Positions 1 to 15,200 of a stretch of 64,000 nucleotides of DNA are shown here, in pieces (position 1 is the stretch's first letter; each line of letters begins with the position of its first letter). The stretch is from contig CP075494.1 of assembly GCA_021613535.1 (NCBI GenBank), positions 682,001-746,000 of the forward strand. Reading direction: 5' to 3'. A program made the position numbers and the translations under genes. The notes beneath the pieces are model-generated. The model had not been told where the DNA came from. It searched no databases and saw only the letters and a program-made list of their open reading frames with translations. The DNA comes from Adineta vaga (Eukaryota > Animalia > Rotifera).

Positions 1-297
1 ATCCATTTGGATTACAGAGTTTGCATTCGTATGAAATATCATGTTTTGTTTTTCTTTGTTTTGAAAGAACAAATGTTGTTCGTTTCTTTCTGTGTAATTT
101 GATTTGTAACTTTCATTTGTATATTCTATTGTTGCTTTTTTTTAAATCTTTTATTTTCAATGATTTAAAAATCGTTTTCTTTTCTTTAACTCAATATATT
201 ATTCTTTATTTATAAAACTTATCCTTTTTTTTATAGATACTCTTTTAATTATCAATTCTTCAAACTTGAATTCAATAATAATTATTTATTTATAATT

Positions 298-3200
298 ATG
301 GACTTAACTTCCTATCGACGAGTTGCATCTTCGGCACTTAAAGTTTCCGGCAGATCGAAAGCTATAGCTTCATATGCTCAACAACGTATTTGGCTCCATG
401 AGCAACTCTATTTTGATCGAATGTCTTCTTCACTAGCAATCTACAATATTCTTCTCCCATTAAGAATCAAATGTGGCTCGCTATCAGTAGAACATGTCCG
501 ACTCGCTATACTTGCAGTGCTTGAAAAGCATAAAGTTCTTCGAACGGCTGTTCGTTTTAATGCGGAAACAAATCAACTCGAACAAGAAGTACAACCACTC
601 AGCCATGATGCTTATTCGTTTGAACATACCCGAAATGTATGCTGTGCCGAACAACTGGATGCAATGCTCACGGCTGAAACAGTAACCAACTACTTTGATG
701 TAGAAAAGGGCAAAGTATTGCGTTGTCATTTAATACGAATCAATGACGAGAATGAATCTGTAAATCTTCACTCAGGGGATCTTCTTCTATTCACTGTTCA
801 CCATATTGCTTTCGATAATACTTCACTTCGATTATTTACTCTGGCCTTTGCCGAAGCATGCGGTCAATTAGAATCTGTACAGCCACCAAACAAATTACCA
901 CAATATGTTGACTTCACTCTTTATGAACAATCTTTAGTGCAATCATCGAGTGCCGAACGAACACGCCAGTTCTGGACATTATTGCTTCAGGATTATGATT
1001 GGACTAAAACATTTATATTACCGGTTAACAGCTCACAGATCACAACAACTGTTCGCTCTGGACGTGGCTATTCAATCGCATTTAATCTGAATGCTGATTT
1101 AGTACAAGCACAGATGGCATTTGCTGCACTTCACAATATTTCTATGTTTCAACTATATCTCGCTTGCTATTACGTGTTTCTTTTCAAATTAAGTTCAGTA
1201 CAAGATCTGTGCGTTGCCGGTACGTTCAATAATCGTCCTTTGGCAGAAATGAAATCGATGATTGGAATGTTTGCAAATACGATACCCTATCGAATCAATA
1301 TTAATCCAGACGGTTCATTCCAAAAGTTGGCTGAACAAGTACAACATTTATGCTTGTCCATTCTTAATCATGCTTATCTACCATATCAACAAATTCTTGG
1401 TGTTCAAGCAAACGAAAGATACCCGATGCCCCAAACATTCTTTCACTATGAATCACTTGTGTCTTCCACTACATATAGTACCACAGCGGAGATTGCTACA
1501 AATGATAAGAACGGTACGGTTTTCGATATTTATTATGATCGAGACCGATCACATGGCAATGGTATTGCCTTATTCGATATGACACTGGCTGTATCACATG
1601 ATCATCATGGAAAAGCTACAGAGTGCTTTCTAGAATGCTCAGCTGATTTGTTCCCCAATGAAATATACGTCAAACAGATGGTCGATCGCTTCCAATGTAT
1701 GCTTGAACAATTGTTTTTGGATCAAACATTTAATATCACCACACAATCCATGAATCAATTATCTTTGCTTCGTCCATCAGAAGTCAATGAAATCGATTCA
1801 ACTATCTTCAAGCGACTACCTAACATCAACGAAGGTAAAACTGCGAATTTTCTCTACAAAAGACTCTTTAAATGATATTTTTCTTTCTCTATTAGGACCT
1901 GCTTCATTTGCACAAGCTCGTATCTGGCATGATGAACATGTCAGATTTGATCCCAATCAACCTCAAGTGGCCATCTACAATATGCCATTTCTATTTCATA
2001 TTGAAAGTGGTTCATTATCTGTTGAAAGATTACGACAAGCTTTTCAATTAGTAATTATTAAACATAAAGCTTTACGTACTGCCCTTTATTTTGATAATGA
2101 TAAACAACAATTAATGCAACAAATTGTTAAATCAAAAGATAATGAAGAATATTTTACATTTAATGAATCGACATTGATTAAAAATGATGAAGATCTTATG
2201 AAAATAATGCATGAGGAACGAGGTAATCCTTATAATTTTAATCTTGAACAAGGAGTTGTTTGTCGTTTACATATTGTTTATGAAAATTTAAAAAATGATA
2301 ATCTTATAAAAGGTGATTCAATAATATTTAATTTTCATCATGCTTTATTTGATTTTCCATCAATGTATATATTTCATTGTGATCTTAATTCTGCATATAC
2401 AAATGGTTGTTTAGAATATAATGATGAAATACAATTACGATATCTTGATTGTAAGTTATATATAGATTAGATTTATAATTATTTCATTATATTTTATAGA
2501 TTCTATTATTGAACGAGAAATGCCAATGACAATAGCTAATAATTATTGGTTTGAAATGTTACATGATTATGATATAAATCGTTCATTAGCATTACCATTT
2601 GATCATCATCGTATTTCTAATGAACAAAGAACAGGACGTGGAATATCAATATCATTTGATTTTAATGAAGATCTTTCAAAACATTTTCTTTTATTTAGTA
2701 TAAATAATAATATAACAATTGAACAATTATCACTTGCTTGTTATTTTATTTTCTTATTTAAATTAACAAATGAAGAAGAAGATGATCTTTGTATTGGAAT
2801 GAATATAAAAGGAAGATATAAAGATGAATTACAATCAATTATTGGAATGTTTGTTAATGCAATTCCATTACGTCTTCAACATATTAATCCATATATATCA
2901 TTTTCTTATTTTATTCAACAAGTACAAGAAATGATAATAAATTCAATGAAAATGTCTTATTTTCCATTACAACGTATTCTTAATCAACATTCAAATAATG
3001 AAATAAGATTAGAATCTTTTCTTGATACATCATTTGAATATGAAACAAATGAAACAAAATTTAATAAAGAACATATAAATATTGATGAAATGAAATTATC
3101 ATTGGTACCCTATTCACTTAATATTAAAACAAATGAAATTGTTAGTAAATTTGATTTTTCATTACGAATTCTTCATAATAAAACAAATGAACAATTTACA

Positions 3201-6200
3201 TGTGAAATTAATGCATCATTAGATTTATTTAATCAAAAAACTATTGATTTAATATCACAAAGATTTCATATTCTTCTTCAACAACTCTTTTTATTTTCAA
3301 CATTTAATTTAATTAATCAACCTATTGTTGAATTATCATTATTATTATCTGATGATATACAAACTATTCAATCCATTAATTATAATAATAATAATAATAC
3401 AAATGAAATGTCTTTTAAATCATTAGATAAAGTACATTATGAATTTATAAAACAAACATTATATCATCCACAAAAGATTTCAATTTGTTTAGAAGAACAA
3501 TCATTAACTTATGCAGAATTACTTAATAAAGTTTATCAATTAATGAATTATATTAATAAACAAAATTGTTCAAATAAAATTATTTGTCAATGTGTTGAAC
3601 GTAGTATTGAAATGATTATTGGTCAATTAGCAATAATTACTTTAGGTTCTTCTTATTGTGCATTATCACCTGATGATCCTCCTACTCGTTTATCTAATCT
3701 TGTAACACAAACAAACTCATCATTTGTTCTTGTTCATTCAGCTACTGAAAATCATTTTAATAATCATCAAAATATAATTAATATTCAAAATTATCTCTTT
3801 GATAATACTATCAATAATAATAATAATATTGATTTTAATTTATCTTTGAATGACATTGCTTAGTAAGTTCTTATGAGTTTTTCTTTCTTTGTTTTTTTAA
3901 AATATTTTTCTTCTTCTTCTATTTCTTTAGTATTGTTTTTACAAGTGGTTCTACAGGAAATCCAAAAGCTGTAAGTATCTTTAGTTTTTCGATATATTCT
4001 AAATGTTTTACGAACTCGTGTTTCTCCAGGTTCAAATTACACATCGAAATTTTTCTTCATGCATCTCTTCTTTTCAACACTTAAGTATAATTACCAGCCG
4101 TGATGTGGTTGTTCAAATGGCTCAATGCTCTTTTGATGTTCATGTCAAAGAATGCCTTGGCACGATGATGTTAGGCGCTACCCTCGTTCTTTTACGTCCA
4201 CATGGTTATATGGATTTTAATTACTTATCAACTACCATACAGCAACATAAAGTCACTTTCTTCTCCGTTGTTCCAACAATGATGACAGTCTTGTTTGAAC
4301 ATCTCGTTGATAATGATCAAGTAGATCGTTTGTCTACTGTACGATCATTTGGCTTTCTTGGTATGTTTCTCTTTTTTCCCCTCAAATATACAGAAGTTTC
4401 TTCATTTTTTCCATTATCCTAGGCGAAGCAATTATTTGCACAACTCTCGCTAAAATGATAGAATATTTTGGTGAATCCGATATCAATTTTTACAATTTGT
4501 ATGGTCCAGCCGAATGTACACTTACATCAGTCTATCACCACATAACCAATGAAGATATTACAAGTGGTGTGATTCCTATTGGTATTCCATTTCCTGGCAT
4601 GCAAGCACAAATTCTTGATCAATATTATCAACCAGTTATTCCTGGTCATGTCGGAGAATTATATTTAGATGGTATACAACGTTTTCCTGGTTATTATGAT
4701 CGAGATGATTTGACTCAACGAGTTCTTATTGGATCATTTTATCGTACCGGTGATCTTGTTAGTCAAAATTCAATAACTGGCAATATATATTATCTGGGAA
4801 GACAAGATTTTCAAGTAAAACTACGTGGACAACGTATTGAATTAGCTGAAATTGAACGATGTCTTTTGGAGATTGTTTCAGCTTGTGTTGTTATTAAACA
4901 TGATGAATATCTTGTTGCCTATGTACAAGGACGTGATATTGATTTAGATACACTTCGTAATCATTGTCAATCTCGTTTACCTCCATTTATGATTCCATCA
5001 ATATTCATTGTTATGGAATCTTTTCCATTGAATAAAAGTGGAAAACTCGATCGACAAATGTTACCTAAACCTACAGAATTACCAACAATATCAAGTAATG
5101 ATCTTATCGAATTAAATACTGATATGGAGATTGAGATACATAAATTATGGTGTGAAATACTTAAATGTGATGTTCCTGCCTCTAAAACAAGTAATTTCTT
5201 TTCTGTGGGTGGTCATTCAATGCTTCTTATGCAACTCTATCATCGTTACCAAACTTTATTCATGTTTGATAGTAAAACCATTTCAATAACTTCTTTCTTT
5301 CGTCAATCAACCATTGGTGAACATGCTAAGTTATTAGAAGGTGTAGCGGATACAGTTACTAGTCATAAAATAACATCATGGTTACCATTACATATAAATG
5401 AAGGTAAATCTTATTATGTTTGAGGAAAGAATCGAAACTTTATTTTACTAATTATTTCATGTAGGTGTAGCATCATTTGCTCAAGAGAGAATTTTTCTTG
5501 ATGAGCAAATTCGATTTGCGACAACCGGCAAACATATGTATACGGTTCCACTAATATATCGTGTTTCAACCCACAGTAAATCTGTATTAGTATCGCGGCT
5601 GCAAAACGCAGTTCGAGAAGTGATTCGTAAACATAGTATTCTACGTACAGCACTTCGAATGAACACAACCGGTACGGTCACGCAATTATCAACTGATGGT
5701 TCCGATGGAGAACTCTTCGGTTTTAGTATACTTCATGCAGATGGTAACATGAAAAACATCTCCAAAATGATTCATGATTCAAATCTCTTCAATTTAAATG
5801 AAGGACGTGTTCTTCATTGTCATATTATTCGTCAACACTCACCTTCATTGCAAGATGATGCTGATCAACTCACTACCAACGACATCATCTTATTTCATAT
5901 TCATCACTCAGCATTTGATGGTATATCAACATCAATTTTCATGCGAGATCTTTCTCTTGCATATAATGATAATGATCTATTACCAATGGATGATAACACT
6001 CTACAATATATTGATTATTCAGTATATGAACGTCAAATGGATATGACATTATCAGGTGAATTTTGGGAAGCCCAACTCGATGGATATGATTTAGCGAATA
6101 AGTTGGTAATACCATTCGATCGACATCGATTACCTAACGATGAACGAACAGGAAAAGCTTCAATTGCTCAATTTTCATTTGACAATCAACTCTTACGCTC

Positions 6201-9200
6201 TTTTCTTACCTATGCTTCTACATTAAATGTAACACCATTTCAACTTGGTCTTGCTACATTCTATGCATTTCTTTTCAAATTAAGTAATGGTCAACAAGAT
6301 CTATGTATTGGTAGTGTTAATGCAAATCGATATCGAACTGAATTACAAGATATTATCGGAATGTTTGTTGCTACACTTCCTTATCGTATTCAATTAGATT
6401 CATCTCATTCATTCAAACAACTTGTTCAACAAGTTCGAAATTTATGTTTATCAATTCTAGAACATTCACATTATCCTCTTCAATATATCATTGGTAATCA
6501 ACATTCACCCGCTTTTCTTGAAATTATGTATGATTTTATTACAATATCATCTAATAATGAACAAATTAATCTTGATGGATCTATACTTGAACCAATATCA
6601 TTGGATAAAGATGATTTTGTTGCTAAATTTGATCTGATGTTAAGTTTTACACAGAAATCGTCGAACGAAATATCATGTAGTTTAATTTGTTCACAAGATC
6701 GATATGATCAATCAACAGTAGAAATATTACTTGAACGATTTTCACACCTTCTAAGTGACTTGTTTGTTGAACAAAAGTATGACCTCACCAAGCAACCCAT
6801 CGATCAATTATCTCTATTTCTTCCACGAGAAGTGAATGAAATAGAATCAAAAATCTTCAAGCGAATACCCAACGTTAACGAAGGTAAAACCACGAATTTT
6901 TTTACCAATGCTTCTTCAGAAGACATTTTTCTTTTGTTCGTAGGACCTGCTTCATTTGCACAAGCTCGTATTTGGCTTGATGAACGTGTCAGATTTGATC
7001 CCAATCAACCTCAAGTGGCCATCTACAATATGCCATTTCTATTTCATATTGAAAGTGGTTCATTATCTGTTGAAAGATTACGACAAGCTTTTCAATTAGT
7101 AATTATTAAACATAAAGCTTTACGTACTGCCCTTTATTTTGATAATGATAAACAACAATTAATGCAACAAATTGTTAAATCAAAAGATAATGAAGAATAT
7201 TTTACATTTAATGAATCGACATTGATTAAAAATGATGAAGATCTTATGAAAATAATGCATGAGGAACGAGGTAATCCTTATAATTTTAATCTTGAACAAG
7301 GAGTTGTTTGTCGTTTACATATTGTTTATGAAAATTTAAAAAATGATAATCTTATAAAAGGTGATTCAATAATATTTAATTTTCATCATGCTTTATTTGA
7401 TTTTCCATCAATGTATATATTTCATTGTGATCTTAATTCTGCATATACAAATGGTTGTTTAGAATATAATGATGAAATACAATTACGATATCTTGATTGT
7501 AAGTTATATATAGATTAGATTTATAATTATTTCATTATATTTTATAGATTCTATTATTGAACGAGAAATGCCAATGACAATAGCTAATAATTATTGGTTT
7601 GAAATGTTACATGATTATGATATAAATCGTTCATTAGCATTACCATTTGATCATCATCGTATTTCTAATGAACAAAGAACAGGACGTGGAATATCAATAT
7701 CATTTGATTTTAATGAAGATCTTTCAAAACATTTTCTTTTATTTAGTATAAATAATAATATAACAATTGAACAATTATCACTTGCTTGTTATTTTATTTT
7801 CTTATTTAAATTAACAAATGAAGAAGAAGATGATCTTTGTATTGGAATGAATATAAAAGGAAGATATAAAGATGAATTACAATCAATTATTGGAATGTTT
7901 GTTAATGCAATTCCATTACGTCTTCAACATATTAATCCATATATATCATTTTCTTATTTTATTCAACGAGTACAAGAAATGATAATAAATTCAATGAAAA
8001 TGTCTTATTTTCCATTACAACGTATTCTTAATCAACATTCAAATAATGAAATAAGATTAGAATCTTTTCTTGATACATCATTTGAATATGAAACAAATGA
8101 AACAAAATTTAATAAAGAACATATAAATATTGAGGAAATGAAATTATCATTGGTACCTTATTCACTTAATATTAAAACAAATGAAATTGTTAGTAAATTT
8201 GATTTTTCATTACGAATTCTTCATAATAAAACAAATGAACAATTTACATGTGAAATTAATGCATCATTAGATTTATTTAATCAAAAAACTATTGATTTAA
8301 TATCACAAAGATTTCATATTCTTCTTCAACAACTCTTTTTATTTTCAACATTTAATTTAATTAATCAACCTATTGTTGAATTATCATTATTATTATCTGA
8401 TGATATACAAACTATTCAATCCATTAATTATAATAATAATAATAATACAAATGAAATGTCTTTTAAATCATTAGATAAAGTACATTATGAATTTATAAAA
8501 CAAACATTATATCATCCACAAAAGATTTCAATTTGTTTAGAAGAACAATCATTAACTTATGCAGAATTACTTAATAAAGTTTATCAATTAATGAATTATA
8601 TTAATAAACAAAATTGTTCAAATAAAATTATTTGTCAATGTGTTGAACGTAGTATTGAAATGATTATTGGTCAATTAGCAATAATTACTTTAGGTTCTTC
8701 TTATTGTGCATTATCACCTGATGATCCTCCTACTCGTTTATCTAATCTTGTAACACAAACAAACTCATCATTTGTTCTTGTTCATTCAGCTACTGAAAAT
8801 CATTTTAATAATCATCAAAATATAATTAATATTCAAAATTATCTCTTTGATAATACTATCAATAATAATAATAATATTGATTTTAATTTATCTTTGAATG
8901 ACATTGCTTAGTAAGTTCTTATGAGTTTTTCTTTCTTTGTTTTTTTAAAATATTTTTCTTCTTCTTCTATTTCTTTAGTATTGTTTTTACAAGTGGTTCT
9001 ACAGGAAATCCAAAAGCTGTAATTATCTTTAGTTTTTCGATATATTCTAAATGTTTTACGAACTCGTGTTTCTTCAGGTTCAAATTACACATCGAAATTT
9101 TTCTTCATGCATCTCTTCTTTTCAACATTTGGGCATTTACACTAATTCAGATAATGTCATTCAAATGTCGCAATGTTCCTTTGATGCTCATATTCTAGAA

Positions 9201-12200
9201 ACGTTGGGCACCTTAATGTTTGGTGCTACAATCATTCTTCTAGGTGCTGGCCGTAATATGGATCTAGAGTATCTATCAACTACCATACAACAACATGAAG
9301 TGACGAATGTTGCTGTTGTTCCAACAATGATGACAGCCTTATACGATCATCTTGCCGATAATGATCAATTGCAACGTTTGTCTACTGTACGATCATTTGG
9401 CTTTCTTGGTATGTTTCTCTGTTTCCCCCTCAAATATACAGAAGTTTCTTCATTTTTTCCATTATCCTAGGCGAAGCAATTATTTGCACAACTCTTGCTA
9501 AATTGATGGATTATTTCAGTGAAAATACCATAAGATTCTACAATATGTACGGTCCAGCAGAGTGCACACTCGGATCGATTGCCCACCGCATAACCAATGA
9601 AGATATTACAAGTGGTGTGATTCCTATTGGTATTCCATTTCCTGGCATGCAAGCACAAATTCTTGATCAATATTATCAACCAGTTATTCCTGGTCATGTC
9701 GGAGAATTATATTTAGATGGTATACAACGTTTTCCTGGTTATTATGATCGAGATGATTTGACTCAACGAGTTCTTATTGGATCATTTTATCGTACCGGTG
9801 ATCTTGTTAGTCAAAATTCAATAACTGGCAATATATATTATCTTGGAAGACAAGATTTTCAAGTAAAACTACGTGGACAACGTATTGAATTAGCTGAAAT
9901 TGAACGATGTCTTTTGGAGATTGTTTCAGCTTGTGTTGTTATTAAACATGATGAATATCTTGTTGCCTATGTACAAGGACGTGATATTGATTTAGATACA
10001 CTTCGTAATCATTGTCAATCTCGTTTACCTCCATTTATGATTCCATCAATATTCATTGTTATGGAATCTTTTCCATTGAATAAAAGTGGAAAACTCGATC
10101 GACAAATGTTACCTAAACCTACAGAATTACCAACAATATCAAGTAATGATCTTATCGAATTAAATACTGATATGGAGATTGAGATACATAAATTATGGTG
10201 TGAAATACTTAAATGTGATGTTCCTGCCTCTAAAACAAGTAATTTCTTTTCTGTGGGTGGTCATTCAATGCTTCTTATGCAACTCTATCATCGTTATCAA
10301 ACTTTATTCATGTTTGATAGTAAAACCATTTCAATAACTTCTTTCTTTCGTCAATCAACCATTGGTGAACATGCTAAGTTATTAGAAGGTGTAGCGGATA
10401 CAGTTACTAGTCATAAAATAACATCATGGTTACCATTACATATAAATGAAGGTAAATCTTATTATGTTTGAGGAAAGAATCGAAACTTTATTTTATTAAT
10501 TATTTCATGTAGGTGTAGCATCATTTGCTCAAGAGAGAATTTTTCTTGATGAGCAAATCCGATTTAGTGGTGCTAGACATGATACGTATTCGGTGGGCAT
10601 CTACAACGAACTCAATGTCTTGAAGATTGCCAGCGGCACAGTATCCATCGCTCGTCTTAGACAAGCTTTTCGACATGTAATAAGAAAACATATGACGCTG
10701 CGAACTTCGCTTGCTCTCGAATACGTTCAAACGGGTCTTACACAACGCATCACGCAAATACACCATAAGTTCGATTTTGCACCAACACAAATATTCGACA
10801 ATGACAATCATCTTCATTCTCTTCTTCGAGAAACTAGTCATAATCCAAACTTATTTGATTTGAGAGATGGACATGTATTGTATTGTCAACTTTTTCGAAA
10901 ACGAATTTCAAACGACAGTTCTAACGATGAATTACTCTTCGCTCATGATCTTATTCTCATAGCTTTTCACCATATCACTTTTGATAGAAATTCCCGCCAA
11001 ATCTTCTTACAAGATCTTTCTCTTGCATATAATGATAATGATCTATTACCAATGAATGATAACACTCTACAATATATTGATTATTCAGTATATGAACGTC
11101 AAATGGATATGACATTATCAGGTGAATTTTGGCAAACACAACTTGATGGCTATGATTTAGAGAATAAGTTGGTGATACCATTCGATCGACATCGATTACC
11201 TAACGATGAACGAACAGGAAAAGCTTCAGTTGCTCAAATTACATTTGATCATCAACTTTCACAATCATTTCTCAATTATGCTTCAACATCAAATGTAACA
11301 CCATTTCAACTTGGTCTTGCTACATTCTATGCATTTCTTTTCAAATTAAGTAATGGTCAACAAGATCTATGTATTGGTAGTGTTAATGCAAATCGATATC
11401 GAACTGAATTACAAGATATTATTGGAATGTTTGTTGCTACACTTCCTTATCGTATTCAATTAGATTCATCTCATTCATTCAAACAACTTGTTCAACAAGT
11501 TCGAAATTTATGTTTATCAATTCTAGAACATTCACATTATCCTCTTCAATATATCATTGGTAATCAACATTCACCCGCTTTTCTTGAAATTATGTATGAT
11601 TTTATTACAATATCATCTAATAATGAACAAATTAATCTTGATGGATCTATACTTGAACCAATATCATTGGATAAAGATGATTTTGTTGCTAAATTTGATC
11701 TGATGTTAAGTTTTACACAGAAATCGTCGAACGAAATATCATGTAGTTTAATTTGTTCACAAGATCGATATGATCAATCAACAGTAGAAATATTACTTGA
11801 ACGATTTTCACATCTTTTATCTCAACTATTTGATTCATCAATATCTTCAATTGAAGAACAATTATCATTATATAAATTATCTATTATTTTACCAAAAGAA
11901 CAAATCATAATTGATACTATGAAAAATCATGATATTAATCGATCAGCAGCACCAAAACTGACCATTCCACAACTATTTTGTCAACAAGTAATGGATCATC
12001 CACAAAAGATAGCTGTTGAGCTTGACGAACAAATGTTAAGTTATAATGAATTATATTTTTATGTACAAGAATTATCAAGTATGCTGATAGATATAAATGA
12101 TGTAAAAGAAGGTGATATTGTATGTCAATGTGTAGAAAGAAGTATTTCAATGGTAAAACAAAGATTTCACATGAAGATTGTACACTTTTGAAAGCTTTAA

Positions 12201-15200
12201 TTGTTTGTATAGGTTATTGGAATTTTATCAATTGAGATGGTAGGTGCAGTCTATTGTCCACTATCACCACAAGATCCTCAACAACGACTGGAAACACTGG
12301 TGAACGAAACAAAAAGTAGTGTGATTCTTGTGCACAATTTGACTTGTGAAAAATTTGATATGGAATATATCACTATGAATATTGATATTTTAATTAATGT
12401 CAGTTGCAGTGTTATTGATACCAGTATCAATCATCTGTTGGATATTACGATAAAAGGTGATAATATCGCTTATATTATTTTCACAAGTGGCTCGACAGGC
12501 ATTCCTAAAGCAGTAAGTAGTTTGTATTAAATTGAGTTCAGTTTGTTACAGTTGTTGTCTCTCTAGGCTCAAATAAGACATCGAAATTTCGTTGAATCCA
12601 TTCGATCTTTGGTAGAAGTTGGCACATTTAATGGAAAGGATACAGTATTACAAATGGCTCGATGTTCATTTGATATCCATGTTGAAGATATAGTGGGTAC
12701 ATTATTAGTTGGCGCAACATTAGTTATGCTTCGACCAAGTGGTCTGATGGATTTTCAATATTTATGTGATGTAATTATTGATAAGAGCATTACCTATATA
12801 AATAGTGTACCAAGTTATCTCACAAGTCTATGCTCCTATCTGGAGACACGCTTTGAAGATGCATGCTGGAGTCGATTACGATCGCTGGTTTGTGGCGGTA
12901 AGTATATAATGAAGGAGTTGTACTGAAAAATTTCTCCTGAGAATTTGTTATACGATAGTTTTGAGAAAACAAGTTTGTTTTTTGAATATCTGGGATTAAT
13001 ATGTTTGACTAGCTGCTATTGTTCAAATGTTTTCATTGAGGAATGGAATTAATTCGTATTTACTTTATAGGTGAACCTTTACCAATTCAATTAGTACATA
13101 AATTAGACAAACATTTATCGTCAATGACACGAGCAAATGATCCATGCCGCATATGGAATCTTTATGGTCCAGCTGAGGTCACACTTGACTGTCTCTACCA
13201 TAACGTTAATCTTATGGATGAACAAAGTAGCGTTCCAGTTGGTCGTCTTTTACCTGGATATCAATGTATCGTTGTTGACGATTTCCTAGAGCCGATCTAT
13301 ATTGGCCAAGAAGGAGAGCTATTCGTCGGAGGTGTTGGTATCTTTGCTGGTTACCTTAGACGTGAGGATTTGAACGAACAAATATTAATCAATATCAACA
13401 ATCAACTGTTCTATCGTACTGGTGATCTAGTTCGATTGAATAGTGACAATCTCTTCTATTATGTCGGTCGAAAGGATCATCAAGTAAAACTTCATGGACA
13501 ACGTATCGAACTGGGCGAAATCGAACGATGTTTGCTTGATGTCTCATCAGATGTTTCGGCTTGTGTCGTTGTTAAATGGGGCAGTGATCATTTGGTAGCT
13601 TATGTTCAAAGCATTCATATCAATGAAGAACAATTACGCAACTATTGTCGATCTCATCTGCCACCATTCATGGTTCCTTCAATGTTCATCATTCTCGAAC
13701 ATTTACCAATGAGTGCAAATGGTAAACTCGATCGAAAGCTTCTTCCTACACCAGATATTGCTACACTTTCATTGAATTCTGCAATGTCGGGTAATGATCA
13801 GCAATGTACAGAACCAAAGAACGATATCGAAAGACGCATTCATTCACTTTGGTGTGAAATTTTGCAATGTAAACAAATATCCACCACCGTCAATTTTTTT
13901 GGTATTGGTGGTCATTCGCTGCTTCTCATTCAAATCTATCATCGATATAAGATAATGTTTAAGTTTGACACTCATGCAGTTAACATTGCTCAAATGTTCC
14001 AACATTCGACCATTGTCGATCATGCTTGTTTCATTCAACAAGCACAAGATACTGATCGACAAGAACACGAAGAAGAAGAAGAATATAACTGGCTTCCTCT
14101 ACACATCATTCAAGGTCAAGTATCATTTGCACAAGAAAGAATTTTTCTTGATGAGCAAATTCGTTTCGGTTCTCAAGGTAATCGTATGTATGGTGTGCGA
14201 CTAGCCTATGGTATTTCGAATTGTACAAAACCTGTTTCCATCAAACGGCTACGTCAGGCAATTCAAATACTTATTACTAAGCATTCAGCGTTACGCACAA
14301 ATATTTTTCTTGATATGGCAGGTGAAGTCATACAATCTGCAGTACCAATCATCGATTCAGACGAATTACTCTTTGGTTTCACCGTTCTTCACATCGATAA
14401 CCATGATATGGAAGACATCTCCAAAATGATTCATGATTCAAATCTCTTCAATTTAAATGAAGGACGTGTTCTTCATTGTCATATTGTTCGTCAACACTCA
14501 CCTTCGTTGCAAGATGATGATGATCAACTCACTACCAACGACATCATCTTATTTCATATTCATCACTCAGCATTTGATGGTATATCAACATCAATTTTCA
14601 TGCGAGATCTTTCTCTTGCATATAATGATAATGATCTATTACCAACGGATGATAACACTCTACAATATATTGATTATTCAGTATATGAACGTCAAATGGA
14701 TATGACATTATCAGGTGAATTTTGGCAAACACAACTTGATGGCTATGATTTAGAGAATAAGTTGGTGATACCATTCGATCGACATCGATTACCTAACGAT
14801 GAACGAACAGGAAAAGCTTCAGTTGCTCAAATTACATTTGATCATCAACTTTCACAATCATTTCTCAATTATGCTTCAACATCAAATGTAACACCATTTC
14901 AACTTGGTCTTGCTACATTCTATGCATTTCTTTTCAAATTAAGTAATGGTCAACAAGATCTATGTATTGGTAGTGTTAATGCAAATCGATATCGAACTGA
15001 ATTACAAGATATTATTGGAATGTTTGTTGCTACACTTCCTTATCGTATTCAATTAGATTCATCTCATTCATTCAAACAACTTGTTCAACAAGTTCGAAAT
15101 TTATGTTTATCAATTCTAGAACATTCACATTATCCTCTTCAATATATCATTGGTAATCAACATTCACCCGCTTTTCTTGAAATTATGTATGATTTTATTA

